DNA of 27,590 nucleotides from Desulfobacterales bacterium (lineage in GTDB: Bacteria > Desulfobacterota > Desulfobacteria > Desulfobacterales > UBA5616). The notes beneath the pieces were generated by a model. It was not told where the DNA came from and did no database searches. It saw only the letters and a list, made by a program, of their open reading frames with translations. The stretch spans positions 1 to 27,590 of the forward strand of contig JAWODC010000083.1 in the NCBI GenBank assembly GCA_046483495.1. Direction: 5' to 3'. Positions within the stretch are counted from its first letter, which is position 1. Each line of letters begins with the position of its first letter. Position numbers and translations under genes: made by a program. Below, one piece after another: positions 9,398-18,498 of this stretch.

Positions 9398-9594
9398 GTC
9401 ACCTCATGTTCAACGTGCGTGAAGCTCTTTTAAGCTTTATTTTGCCGAAAGCCCGGTTGAAAGTCCAGTGATTAGTTGACAATAGAAACAAAAAAGGACA
9501 TGCCTTTCATCATGGCTTATGGTATAGAGCAGCCGTAACCCATATCGGCAAACCCCGGCCGGCAAACCTGACGAAGGGATCCGAAATCAACCTT

Positions 9595-10407
9595 ATGGAA
9601 TTCACCGGCACGACCACGGCGGTTCTTGCCGTCTTTTTCATTGCCATGCTGATCAAATCCATTTTCGGATTCGGTGATGCCCTGTTGGCCATGCCGCTGC
9701 TCACATTGGCTGTGGGCATCAGGACGGCTACTCCTCTGTTTGCACTGGTCGGCACGACGATTACGCTGGTCATCCTGTCGCTGAGGTGGCGCCATGTCGT
9801 ACTGAAAAGCGCCTGGCGCCTGATCCTGTCATCGATTTTCGGCATCCCGCTGGGGCTGTATTTTTTAAAGGGCTCCTTTGAAACGGCCGTCAACCTGGTG
9901 TTGGCCCTGGTGATCATCCTTTTCTCGGCATTCAATTTGACGCGTCCGAATCTGCCCCGGTTGAACAGCGAGCGCTACGCGGTTGTGTTCGGCTTCATAT
10001 CCGGCATTCTCGGGGGCGCATACAACACGTCAGGCCCGCCGGTCATCATTTACAGCGCCTTGAGGCGCTGGCGGCCCGAATCCATACTGGCAACCCTCCA
10101 AGGATATTTTTTTCCGCTTGGGATTTTCATTCTGATCGGTCATGCGTTGACAGGTTTGTGGACATCCACGGTGGTTGAATATTATGTGATCTGCCTTCCC
10201 GTTTCCCTGGCGGCGCTTGCCGTCGGCAGCCGCCTCAATCGCGCGATACCCCAGGGCAGGTTCGAAAAATATATTTTCGTACTGCTGTTGTTCATTGGAT
10301 TTTTTCTGCTGATGCAGACGCTTCTGACGCAAACGGCTTCCGCCCAATCCTTTTCAGATGCCATTGTGCGTAACCATTGTTCAAGATTCTTTGCTTTTTC
10401 AGCATGA
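9595..10407 (+). CDS. TauE/SafE-family membrane transporter
   Basis: About eight TM helices with FGFG near the N-terminus, GIPLG, and GILGGAYNTSGPP. Confidence 0.88.
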   Translation: MEFTGTTTAVLAVFFIAMLIKSIFGFGDALLAMPLLTLAVGIRTATPLFALVGTTITLVILSLRWRHVVLKSAWRLILSSIFGIPLGLYFLKGSFETAVNLVLALVIILFSAFNLTRPNLPRLNSERYAVVFGFISGILGGAYNTSGPPVIIYSALRRWRPESILATLQGYFFPLGIFILIGHALTGLWTSTVVEYYVICLPVSLAALAVGSRLNRAIPQGRFEKYIFVLLLFIGFFLLMQTLLTQTASAQSFSDAIVRNHCSRFFAFSA

Positions 10408-10436
10408 CCGTACTAATATAAAAATAAAATCCAAAA

Positions 10437-11543
10437 ATGATCATGACCAATTCCAATTTCCTGGATGAAGATCAACCCTACCGCCTGCTGGACGGCGCGA
10501 CCGGCGAAGCGCTGGCTGTCTACCGGGAAATGGCGCACCTTCGAAAGATCGCCGGTGATCCGGCCGTTTCTCTTGAAACGCGGCTGGATGCGTTTGAAGA
10601 TATCCTGGATTCCGAAATCGGTGACACGTCCCTGATCCGGGGCCGGAATATCGAAAGGGAAATCGGCATTCGGCAGGTCTACCTTAAGTTCGAAGGCGGC
10701 AACCCGACGGGCACCCAAAAAGACCGGATCGCCTTTGCCCAGGCCCTGGATGCCATGAGGAGACGTTTCGACTTCATCACCGTGGCCACTTGCGGAAATT
10801 ACGGAGTGGCACTGAGCCTGGCCTCATCTTTGGCGGGATTGGGGTGCATCATTTTCATTCCTCAAAATTACCATTCCAAACGGATAAAAGAAATGAAGGA
10901 CCTGGGCGCCGAGGTGATCCGAACACCCGGCGATTACGAATCCGCCGTAACGATTTCTAAAGAAACAGCCCTGAAAAAAGAGTACTATGACGCCAACCCG
11001 GGGGGCAACAATACGTCTCTGCAATTGCGCAGTTACGGCCAGATCGCCTATGAAGTGTATGATGAACTCCGCGATGCTCCCCATGCCGTTGCCGTGCCGG
11101 TTTCCAACGGCACCACACTGGCCGGCATTTACCGGGGCTTTTTAAGCCTGTACCGCCGTGGAAAGACTTCCCGAATGCCCCGTATGGTTGCCGGCTCCTC
11201 GTTCAACAAAAATCCGATCATTCAGGCCTATCTGAAGAACACCCCCACCTGTGAGGACTTGAAACCGCAATCGATCAGGGAAACCCAGATCAATGAGCCC
11301 CTTGTCAATTGGCACGCCATCGACGGCAATCCGGCGCTGGAGGCTATCCGGCAAACAAACGGCTGGGCCGGCAACGCTTCGGACAAAAACATGATCCATT
11401 TCTCCCGGCTGATCCGCGACAAGGAAGGACTCCAGGTGCTTCCCTCCTCCACCGCCGGCCTCATCGGGCTGATCGACAGGCATAAACGTGAAGCCCTGCC
11501 CAATGACCGGTACGTGGTGGTTCTCACCGGGAGGAGATCATGA
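10437..11543 (+). CDS. Threonine-synthase-like fold-type II PLP enzyme, divergent; substrate unknown
   Basis: GDTSL..YLKFEGGNPTGTQKDR (PLP lysine), ATCGNYG, PVSNGTT and C-terminal VLTG. Confidence 0.85.
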   Translation: MIMTNSNFLDEDQPYRLLDGATGEALAVYREMAHLRKIAGDPAVSLETRLDAFEDILDSEIGDTSLIRGRNIEREIGIRQVYLKFEGGNPTGTQKDRIAFAQALDAMRRRFDFITVATCGNYGVALSLASSLAGLGCIIFIPQNYHSKRIKEMKDLGAEVIRTPGDYESAVTISKETALKKEYYDANPGGNNTSLQLRSYGQIAYEVYDELRDAPHAVAVPVSNGTTLAGIYRGFLSLYRRGKTSRMPRMVAGSSFNKNPIIQAYLKNTPTCEDLKPQSIRETQINEPLVNWHAIDGNPALEAIRQTNGWAGNASDKNMIHFSRLIRDKEGLQVLPSSTAGLIGLIDRHKREALPNDRYVVVLTGRRS

Positions 11544-12628
11544 AAAACCTGCCCGATGGAAACGCGGTCGTGTACTGCCAGGGTGCGTTTAACACGCTTT
11601 GCGGAAAAACCGCGCACGGACTTGTCCGCCATACACGCAGGTATCGGGTGACATCGGTCATCGATTCGGAGTATGCAGGCCGGGACGCGGGGGACGTTCT
11701 CGAGAGCGTACCGAACGGTATTGCCTTACTGGCGGACCTGAACCAGGCGCTCGAATACGCGAAACAATCGGGATTTCCGGCCACCCATTTTGTGGTTGGC
11801 CTTGCGCCCGACGGCGGGCGGTTGAGCGCTTCGGCGCGAAATGATGTGCTTCGCGCCGTCGAATCCGGTTTGAATGTCGACTGCGGACTGCACGATTACC
11901 TTTCCGAGGACCCGGAAATCGCTTCGGCGGCAAAAAAGGCCGGCGTCGCCATCCGTGATATTCGAAAGCCTCCCCATACGCGGTCCCTCCATTTTTTCAC
12001 CGGAAAAATAGAGGCGGTAACATCCTTTAAAATCGCGGTCTTAGGATCGGATTCCGCTATCGGCAAACGGACGACCGCATGGATTTTGCTGAATGCACTC
12101 GAAAAAAGGGGATTGTGCTCCGAAATGATCGGAACCGGGCAGACCGCATGGATGCAGGGTGCGACATACGGGGTCATTCTCGATGCGCTGGCAAATGACT
12201 TTGTCACCGGAGAAATCGAGCACGCCGTATGGTCCGCCTGGCAAGGCTCACACCCCGATGTGATCATCATCGAAGGCCAGGGGGGAATCATGAACCCGGC
12301 CTATCCCGGCGGGTTCGAAATTCTGGCAGCCGGCCGACCGGATGCCGTGATATTTCAGCATGCACCGAATCGAACGGAATACGATGGTTTTCCCGGGTAT
12401 GCAATGCGGCCGCTGTCCGACCAGATTCGGCTTGTCGAATTGCTGTGCGGAAAACCGGTTGCCGCGATCACCCTTAACCACGAGGGATTTGAACCGCAGG
12501 ATGTCCCGCTGGTATGCCGCACACTTGAAAATACCCTCAGCCTGCCGGTTTACGATGTGCTGTTGGACCATGGGGAACCGTTGGGCGACCGCTTAACAAC
12601 CCTGATCCAAAGACGCATGCAATCCTGA
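11540..12628 (+). CDS. DUF1611-domain protein (DgcN-like N-acetyltransferase family)
   Basis: GKTAHGLVR, GLH, P-loop-like GSDSAIGKRTT, TGQT and IEGQG motifs. ATGA overlap with the upstream gene. Confidence 0.88.
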   Translation: MKNLPDGNAVVYCQGAFNTLCGKTAHGLVRHTRRYRVTSVIDSEYAGRDAGDVLESVPNGIALLADLNQALEYAKQSGFPATHFVVGLAPDGGRLSASARNDVLRAVESGLNVDCGLHDYLSEDPEIASAAKKAGVAIRDIRKPPHTRSLHFFTGKIEAVTSFKIAVLGSDSAIGKRTTAWILLNALEKRGLCSEMIGTGQTAWMQGATYGVILDALANDFVTGEIEHAVWSAWQGSHPDVIIIEGQGGIMNPAYPGGFEILAAGRPDAVIFQHAPNRTEYDGFPGYAMRPLSDQIRLVELLCGKPVAAITLNHEGFEPQDVPLVCRTLENTLSLPVYDVLLDHGEPLGDRLTTLIQRRMQS

Positions 12629-15024
12629 TGAAACGAACGTCCGGCATGAATAACATCCAGGAAAAAACCCATCCGATGGACAGCCCTGATCCGCTGGAAG
12701 CGCTCAAGGTCTTCGATCGGCTCGAGGTCGGCCCCATTCGTCTCGAATCCAAACGCTTCACTGCACCCTACCGCCTGTTTCGGGACGGACGGGAAGAGAG
12801 CACCCGGCTGATTTACAGCTATGAAGAACCGGTGTTCGATCCTTCGGAACCCGAATCCTGGAACCTGGCATGCATGATCGCCGTTCAGGCGGCACTGAAT
12901 TACGGCCTTTTCTGCCGCAGCATGGTTTTTCACGGGGTTTTCGACCTGACGGACCGCCGGTTTCTGATCGATATGATGGAGAATACGGCCCGGGAGATTT
13001 TCGTCAATAAATGTGTTCTGCCAAATCCTTTTCTAATCGGTAAAGCAGCCGGTTTGCCGGTAATTAAAAAAAAGCGATACACCGGGGGCACCCTGACCTT
13101 TTCAGATGCGGGCCCCTTTACGGCAAAACCGGCATGGCGTTTTTGTCACACCCGGCGCGATCGACTCTGCGTTCTCTCCAGCGGTGGAAAGGACAGCCTT
13201 TTAACATTCGGTCTGCTCCATGAGATCGGCCGGGATGTCCATCCGATCTTCGTCAACGAATCGGGCCGCCACTGGTTTACCGCCATCAATGCCTATCGGC
13301 ATTTTAAAAAAACGTTCCCCTCCACCGCCAGGGTCTGGACGAACAGCGATCGGCTGTTCAACTGGATGCTCCGGCGGATGCCTTTCATCCGGCAAGACTA
13401 CACCCGCATGCGTTCGGATGCCTATCCGGTCCGGTTGTGGACAGTGGCGGTTTTCATTTTCGGGGTCCTGCCGCTCATGCGCAAACGGGAGATCGGCCGG
13501 CTGGTGATCGGAGACGAATACGATTCGACCGTTCGAAGAAACGAAAAAGGGATTCCGCATTACAACGGCCTTTATGATCAAAGCATTTTTTTTGACAACG
13601 CGCTCAGCCGGTTTTTCTTTAGAAAAGGGTGGTCCATCAGCCAGTTTTCGATACTGCGCCCCCTTTCGGAGCTCCTGATTGAAAAAATGCTCTACGAACG
13701 ATACCCGGAGCTCCAGCAGCATCAAATGTCGTGCCACGCCGCACATGCGGGTCCTCAGAGCATGCTTCCCTGCGGCCGGTGCGAAAAATGCCGTCGAATC
13801 ATATCCATGTTGACCGCCATAGGCGCCGACCCCCGGCGATGCGGTTATACGGATGACCACATCGACCGTTTCCTCCGGCGGCCTGTATTGGAAGATTTAC
13901 ATCAGGAAAAGGCCGCCATAGAACACCTTTCCGCAATGCTGGCTCAGAAAAATATCCCGATCGATTCCGACCGAATAAAGATCCGCTTTTCCGAACATCC
14001 CGAACTGATGAAGCTGAGGTTCCATCCGGTGAACTCTCCCGTCACGGCCATACCTGTAGACCTGAGGCTGTCGTTGTACACGCTCATACTTGACCATGCG
14101 GCCGGCGCGGTTCGCCGTGTCGGTTCCCGTTGGATTGCATGCAACCCGTATGCAGATCCTGAATTCAATCAGGCGTATGTTTTCGAAGTTGACGGCACAA
14201 AACCGGCCGCATCACGGGAAAAAGCATCCGCATTGCCGCACAGCAACGGATGGCTATGGGAGGAACTGACCTGGCCTGAGGTGAGAGACCACATCCAAAA
14301 AACGGATGTGGCGTTGCTGCCCGTGGGGGCCATAGAGCAGCACGGCCCCCATCTTCCCGTAGATACGGATGCGTTCGATGCCCGATATCTGGCCCGTCGC
14401 GTTGCCGCAGCGTGCAGTGAACCCCGTCCCTTGGTACTGCCCCTGGTGCCTTATGGGGTTTCTTACCATCACGACGCGTTTCCGGGAACGCTCAGCATTT
14501 CGAATGAAACATTGTACCGGGTTGTCTATGAAATCGGTATGGCGGCCGCCCGAAACGGCATCAAAAAATTGATTATCATCAACGGTCACGGCGGAAACGC
14601 CCCTGCCTTGAATCAGGCGGCCCAAACCATCAACCGCGATGCCCGTATTTTTGTGTGTGTCGATTCCGGCGAAACCAGTGATACGGATATCGATGAATTG
14701 ATCACGACACCCAACGATGTTCATGCCGGGGAAATGGAAACAAGCACCAGCCTTGCCGTTCGGCCGCACCTCGTCAAGATGGCATATGCCCGGGCATCCA
14801 TTCCACGGTTTTCGAGCCGGTATTTAAATTTCAGCTCAAAGCGAAGTGTATCGTGGTACGGGTTTACCCATAAGATTTCCGATGTGGGAATCATGGGAAA
14901 TCCCTGGAATGCAAGTGCGGAAAAAGGGTCTAAAATCTGGGAAATCATGATCGCTCATCTCGTTTCCCTGGTGGAAGATGTAAGGCCCATGACCCTGGAC
15001 GAAATACATCACCGGAAACCGTAA
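12628..15024 (+). CDS. Fusion of an N-terminal PP-loop ATPase (MurL/QueC-like, Cys-rich) and a C-terminal creatininase-family amidohydrolase
   Basis: N-terminal domain: SGGKDS PP-loop (13180-13197), FSILRPLSEL, SCH...CGRCEKC (13729-13791). C-terminal domain from about 14251: LLPVGAIEQHGPHLP, NGHGGN, HAGEMETS, G.MGNP..ASAEKG. One uninterrupted 798-aa frame. Confidence 0.85.
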   Translation: MKRTSGMNNIQEKTHPMDSPDPLEALKVFDRLEVGPIRLESKRFTAPYRLFRDGREESTRLIYSYEEPVFDPSEPESWNLACMIAVQAALNYGLFCRSMVFHGVFDLTDRRFLIDMMENTAREIFVNKCVLPNPFLIGKAAGLPVIKKKRYTGGTLTFSDAGPFTAKPAWRFCHTRRDRLCVLSSGGKDSLLTFGLLHEIGRDVHPIFVNESGRHWFTAINAYRHFKKTFPSTARVWTNSDRLFNWMLRRMPFIRQDYTRMRSDAYPVRLWTVAVFIFGVLPLMRKREIGRLVIGDEYDSTVRRNEKGIPHYNGLYDQSIFFDNALSRFFFRKGWSISQFSILRPLSELLIEKMLYERYPELQQHQMSCHAAHAGPQSMLPCGRCEKCRRIISMLTAIGADPRRCGYTDDHIDRFLRRPVLEDLHQEKAAIEHLSAMLAQKNIPIDSDRIKIRFSEHPELMKLRFHPVNSPVTAIPVDLRLSLYTLILDHAAGAVRRVGSRWIACNPYADPEFNQAYVFEVDGTKPAASREKASALPHSNGWLWEELTWPEVRDHIQKTDVALLPVGAIEQHGPHLPVDTDAFDARYLARRVAAACSEPRPLVLPLVPYGVSYHHDAFPGTLSISNETLYRVVYEIGMAAARNGIKKLIIINGHGGNAPALNQAAQTINRDARIFVCVDSGETSDTDIDELITTPNDVHAGEMETSTSLAVRPHLVKMAYARASIPRFSSRYLNFSSKRSVSWYGFTHKISDVGIMGNPWNASAEKGSKIWEIMIAHLVSLVEDVRPMTLDEIHHRKP

Positions 15025-15026
15025 CC

Positions 15027-16094
15027 ATGAAAATCCGGTCGATCGACGCTTGGGCGGTAACCATGCCGCTGTCCGAGCCGTACACGATTGCCTACGAAAC
15101 GGTGGCATCCACCACCAATGTTTTTCTGCGCATTCAAACCGATGGGCCGCTCACCGGCTACGGGTGCGCTGCGCCGGATGAAAAAATCAGCCGTGAAACA
15201 CCCGATGATGTTCTCGATGCGTGCCGGCGGATTATCGAACCCCTTTTGAAAGGGGCCGATCCCCTGAGAATTTCATACCTCTTGGAAAAACCGGCGTCGA
15301 ACCTTACATCAAGGCCGTCCTGCCGGGCCATGGTGGACATGGCGCTATATGATATATTGGGCAAACGGTCGAACCTGCCGTTGTACATCCTTTTGGGAGG
15401 GTACCGCACCCATATGCTCACCAGCATCACCATCGGCATTATGCCGCTGGAAAAAACGGTTCAAGCTGCGCGCCGCCATGTTTCGGCCGGGTTCAAGGCC
15501 TTGAAAATAAAAGGGGGAAAGGATCCGGATGCGGATATTGAAAAGGTTATTCGCATCCGAGAGGCGGTCGGCAAGCGCATTGAATTACGGTTCGATGCCA
15601 ACCAGGGGTATTCGGAACACGAGGCGGTCCGGTTTGTTGAAATGACCCGGCGGGCCCGTGTGGAACTGCTTGAACAGCCCACACCCCGGTATGCGCACGA
15701 TGTTTTAGGCCGGGTTACCGACGGGGTTTCGATTCCGGTGATGGCTGACGAGAGCCTGATCGACCTGACGGATGCATTCAAGCTGGCGAAAAACAACGTC
15801 GTGGATATGGTCAACATCAAGCTCATGAAAGTCGGCGGCATACATGAAGCCATGCGCATCAACGCGGTTGCACGAGCGGCCGGGCTGGAAGCCATGGTAG
15901 GCTGCATGGACGAAGCCGCCCTTTCCATCGCTGCAGGCCTTCATTTTGCGCTGGCCCGGCCGAACGTGGCGTATGCGGATCTGGACGGTCATTTGGACCT
16001 CTTGAACGATCCCTCGACAGGGGCGGTGATTCTGAAAAAAGGCACCCTTTACCCCACGGGAAAACCGGGACTCGGGTTCGATCCGGTGTGTTGA
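15027..16094 (+). CDS. Enolase-superfamily dipeptide epimerase / N-acyl amino acid racemase (L-Ala-D/L-Glu epimerase, DgcA-like)
   Basis: KIK catalytic motif, metal ligands in DANQG, EQP and ADES, second base in NIKLMKVGG, and the DLD motif of dipeptide epimerases. Confidence 0.9.
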   Translation: MKIRSIDAWAVTMPLSEPYTIAYETVASTTNVFLRIQTDGPLTGYGCAAPDEKISRETPDDVLDACRRIIEPLLKGADPLRISYLLEKPASNLTSRPSCRAMVDMALYDILGKRSNLPLYILLGGYRTHMLTSITIGIMPLEKTVQAARRHVSAGFKALKIKGGKDPDADIEKVIRIREAVGKRIELRFDANQGYSEHEAVRFVEMTRRARVELLEQPTPRYAHDVLGRVTDGVSIPVMADESLIDLTDAFKLAKNNVVDMVNIKLMKVGGIHEAMRINAVARAAGLEAMVGCMDEAALSIAAGLHFALARPNVAYADLDGHLDLLNDPSTGAVILKKGTLYPTGKPGLGFDPVC

Positions 16095-16143
16095 TTGAAC
16101 CCGCAGCATTGCCGGATCCCGGGGAATGAGCATGTAAGCGGCT

Positions 16144-17793
16144 CTAATCGTTTTCCCCCCGTATTGCGGCGAGCAAACGATCCGTGTTTCCGCTTTTCGA
16201 GCGATAGGCCGATGCACCGGCAGCCAGCATATCCATGGATTTCTCATCCTCGTCATACATCGATAAGCCGATGATGCGAATGTGGGGAAACATCGAGTGT
16301 ATGATATGCGTCGCTTCGATCCCGTTCATCATGGGCATATTGACATCCATCAGAACCACGTCCGGAAGCCGTTCCCGGGTTACATCAACGGCTTCCTTCC
16401 CATCCGAGGCTTCCCCGATGATCGTTATGTCGGGTTGAAGGCCGAGCATTCCGGACAGCCCCTGCCTCATCACGGGATGATCGTCAACCAGCAGCACCTT
16501 TATTTTTTCGGAGTCGGGCGGGACCGCCGGCGGCGCTTCCTGGAAGGTTCGCGGCCATTCCGGTAGCTTCTTTTCATGCGTTGCCCTCTCCAGCGGGACG
16601 ACCATCGCGATCGTGGAACCCGAACCGGGCGAGCTGTCGATCTCGAGCCGGCCGCCAAGGTGCAGCAGCCGTTCATTGATGCTGAACAGCCCGAACTTCT
16701 TTCCGGAACCGATTTTTTTCCCCATCCTTTCGGGATCGAATCCCCGACCGGCGTCGCTGACGGCTATCCGCAATTCACCGTTTTCATAGATCGTCGCTAT
16801 GGAAGCCGAATGGACTTCGGCATGTTTGAGCACATTCAGCAGCAGCTCCCGCGTGGACTGGAAGAGTAGAATGGTGAGGTCCTTACGGTCCAGAACGATG
16901 TCGTCTTCGATGTGCAGGTCCACATCAAGGCCTTGATTCTCGCGCACCCACCGGGCCAGCCACCCCAATGACATGGAAAAGTTGTTGGATTTAAGGACGG
17001 ATGGGGACAATTCCGTGGAAAGCGAGCGGGAAGTGGATAATGACTGGTTAACCAGATCCAGCACCCGTTCGGCGATCGGTTTCAGCCCGTTTTCCACGTT
17101 GGAGACAAGGGTTTCCTGCCCTATTTTGGCTCCGACGATCAACTGCTGAAGATGATCATGCAGAATTTCAGCAATCCGGTCCCGCTCCTGCTGTTCGGCC
17201 AGCGTCAGCTCGGAAGACAGTCGTGACAGCTGCCGGGCGCGGCGTTCGAGTTCGATATTCTTTTCGTGAAGCGCCTCGGCGTGCTGCTTCTGTACGCTCA
17301 AATCGGAGACGATCGTACATAACGACCTCGCCTCATCCGTGATCATTGACCGCATGGAGAGAAGAACCGGCAGCCTGTTTCCGTCCTGCTGTCGGACGGT
17401 TAATTCCTCCCGAATGTTTTCGGCGAAAGCCCGGTTGAAAAGCGCCTCGAAACGGTCTTTTTCATCCGAATCGATAAAATCGGTGACCTTTCTGCTCATG
17501 ACATTTTCAATGGGGGTTTTCGCCATTTCAGAGAATCGTCCGTTGCAGTAGAGAATGGTCCCGTCCTCATCCAGGATCAGCGCCCCCTCATTGATGGTCT
17601 CGATCAGCACCCGGTAATTGTAGTCCGCCCCTTTGAGCGTGTAAACGCGGTCCCCGGCGGGGTCGGAGATCATGAGCGCATCCACGCTTCCTTCGCGAAT
17701 GGCCTCGAGAATTTCTTCGGATTCGGCCAACCGTCGACGCAATTGGGAAAGTTCTTCGGGGAATGCTTTTTCGGCGTTTATCTGTTTTTTCAT
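16144..17793 (-). CDS. Cytoplasmic hybrid histidine kinase: PAS, HisKA_3/HATPase and receiver domains; kai-associated
   Basis: N-terminal coiled coil with AIREGSVDAL..VYTLKGADYNYR, PAS domain, ERDRIAEILHDHLQQ H-box, ELLLNVLKHA, DAGRG, FGL, and a C-terminal receiver (LLVDDH..LMDVNMP). No TM segments. Confidence 0.9.
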   Translation of the reverse strand: MKKQINAEKAFPEELSQLRRRLAESEEILEAIREGSVDALMISDPAGDRVYTLKGADYNYRVLIETINEGALILDEDGTILYCNGRFSEMAKTPIENVMSRKVTDFIDSDEKDRFEALFNRAFAENIREELTVRQQDGNRLPVLLSMRSMITDEARSLCTIVSDLSVQKQHAEALHEKNIELERRARQLSRLSSELTLAEQQERDRIAEILHDHLQQLIVGAKIGQETLVSNVENGLKPIAERVLDLVNQSLSTSRSLSTELSPSVLKSNNFSMSLGWLARWVRENQGLDVDLHIEDDIVLDRKDLTILLFQSTRELLLNVLKHAEVHSASIATIYENGELRIAVSDAGRGFDPERMGKKIGSGKKFGLFSINERLLHLGGRLEIDSSPGSGSTIAMVVPLERATHEKKLPEWPRTFQEAPPAVPPDSEKIKVLLVDDHPVMRQGLSGMLGLQPDITIIGEASDGKEAVDVTRERLPDVVLMDVNMPMMNGIEATHIIHSMFPHIRIIGLSMYDEDEKSMDMLAAGASAYRSKSGNTDRLLAAIRGEND

Positions 17794-17812
17794 GTGCGCG
17801 TGAATATGCAGG

Positions 17813-18181
17813 TTACTGCTTTTTTACCGCATCCGATTCTTTATTTACGATATCCAGGCTCAGCAGGACTTTTTCGCGGTCCGATAGATCACCGATGATC
17901 TTTCGAAGGGGCAGCGGCAGCTGTTTGATCAGGGTGGGCGCGGCGATCACCTGATCGTGTTTTCCCTTTTCAGGCTGCTGATAGAGGTCAATCACTTCCA
18001 GCTCGAAACGCCCCTTGAGATGCTCCTGACATATTTTCTTAAGGTTTTGAATGGCCTTGATCGATTTCGGGGTCATTCCGCTCACGTACAAACGGAGTAT
18101 GTACGTCTTGTTTTCAGCCCCTTTCAAAGCCTTTTCAAATGCTTCCGTCGAATCTTCAATCTTTGTGTTTTTTTTCATCAT
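17813..18181 (-). CDS. kaiB: KaiB-family protein with N-terminal extension
   Basis: [42 protein letters not shown]. Confidence 0.93.
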   Translation of the reverse strand: MMKKNTKIEDSTEAFEKALKGAENKTYILRLYVSGMTPKSIKAIQNLKKICQEHLKGRFELEVIDLYQQPEKGKHDQVIAAPTLIKQLPLPLRKIIGDLSDREKVLLSLDIVNKESDAVKKQ

Positions 18182-18207
18182 CGAGCCCTGAGACAGCTTT
18201 CCGCTCG

Positions 18208-18498
18208 TCAGTGTGGACGCAAGTCCAACCCCACCAAAACGCGTTCGGTATTCGACAAATCGCCGATAATCTTGCGAAGCGGCTGGGGGAGTTTGCGCAC
18301 CAGCGTAGGTATGGCAAGGATCTGGTCGCCTTTTGCCAGCTGCGGATTTTCGAGCAGGTCGATCACCACGATTCGGTACCGTCCCTGAAGATATTCCTCG
18401 CAGATTTTTTTCAGATTCGAAAACGCCTGCAATGATTTCGGCGTCTGGCCGGCGACATAGAGCCGCAAATCAAAGTATTCCGTGTCCGAATTGTTCAT
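18208..18498 (-). CDS. kaiB: KaiB-family protein
   Basis: [49 protein letters not shown]. Overlaps the kaiC stop by 4 nt. Confidence 0.95.
   Translation of the reverse strand: MNNSDTEYFDLRLYVAGQTPKSLQAFSNLKKICEEYLQGRYRIVVIDLLENPQLAKGDQILAIPTLVRKLPQPLRKIIGDLSNTERVLVGLDLRPH

Noticed and set aside
9547..9568. Repeated GGCAAACC upstream of TauE, reminiscent of a c-di-GMP-I riboswitch
   Set aside because: The GAAA-tetraloop stem and the second hairpin of that riboswitch are not evident. An Infernal scan would settle it.
12628..14190. Calling the PP-loop domain QueC
   Set aside because: It is about twice the size of QueC, has SGGKDS rather than SGGxDS with the QueC-specific downstream motifs, and no queD/E/F genes are nearby.
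14251..15024. Mycofactocin (MftE) or other RiPP cluster suggested by the creatininase domain
   Set aside because: There is no radical SAM enzyme, RRE protein or precursor peptide nearby.
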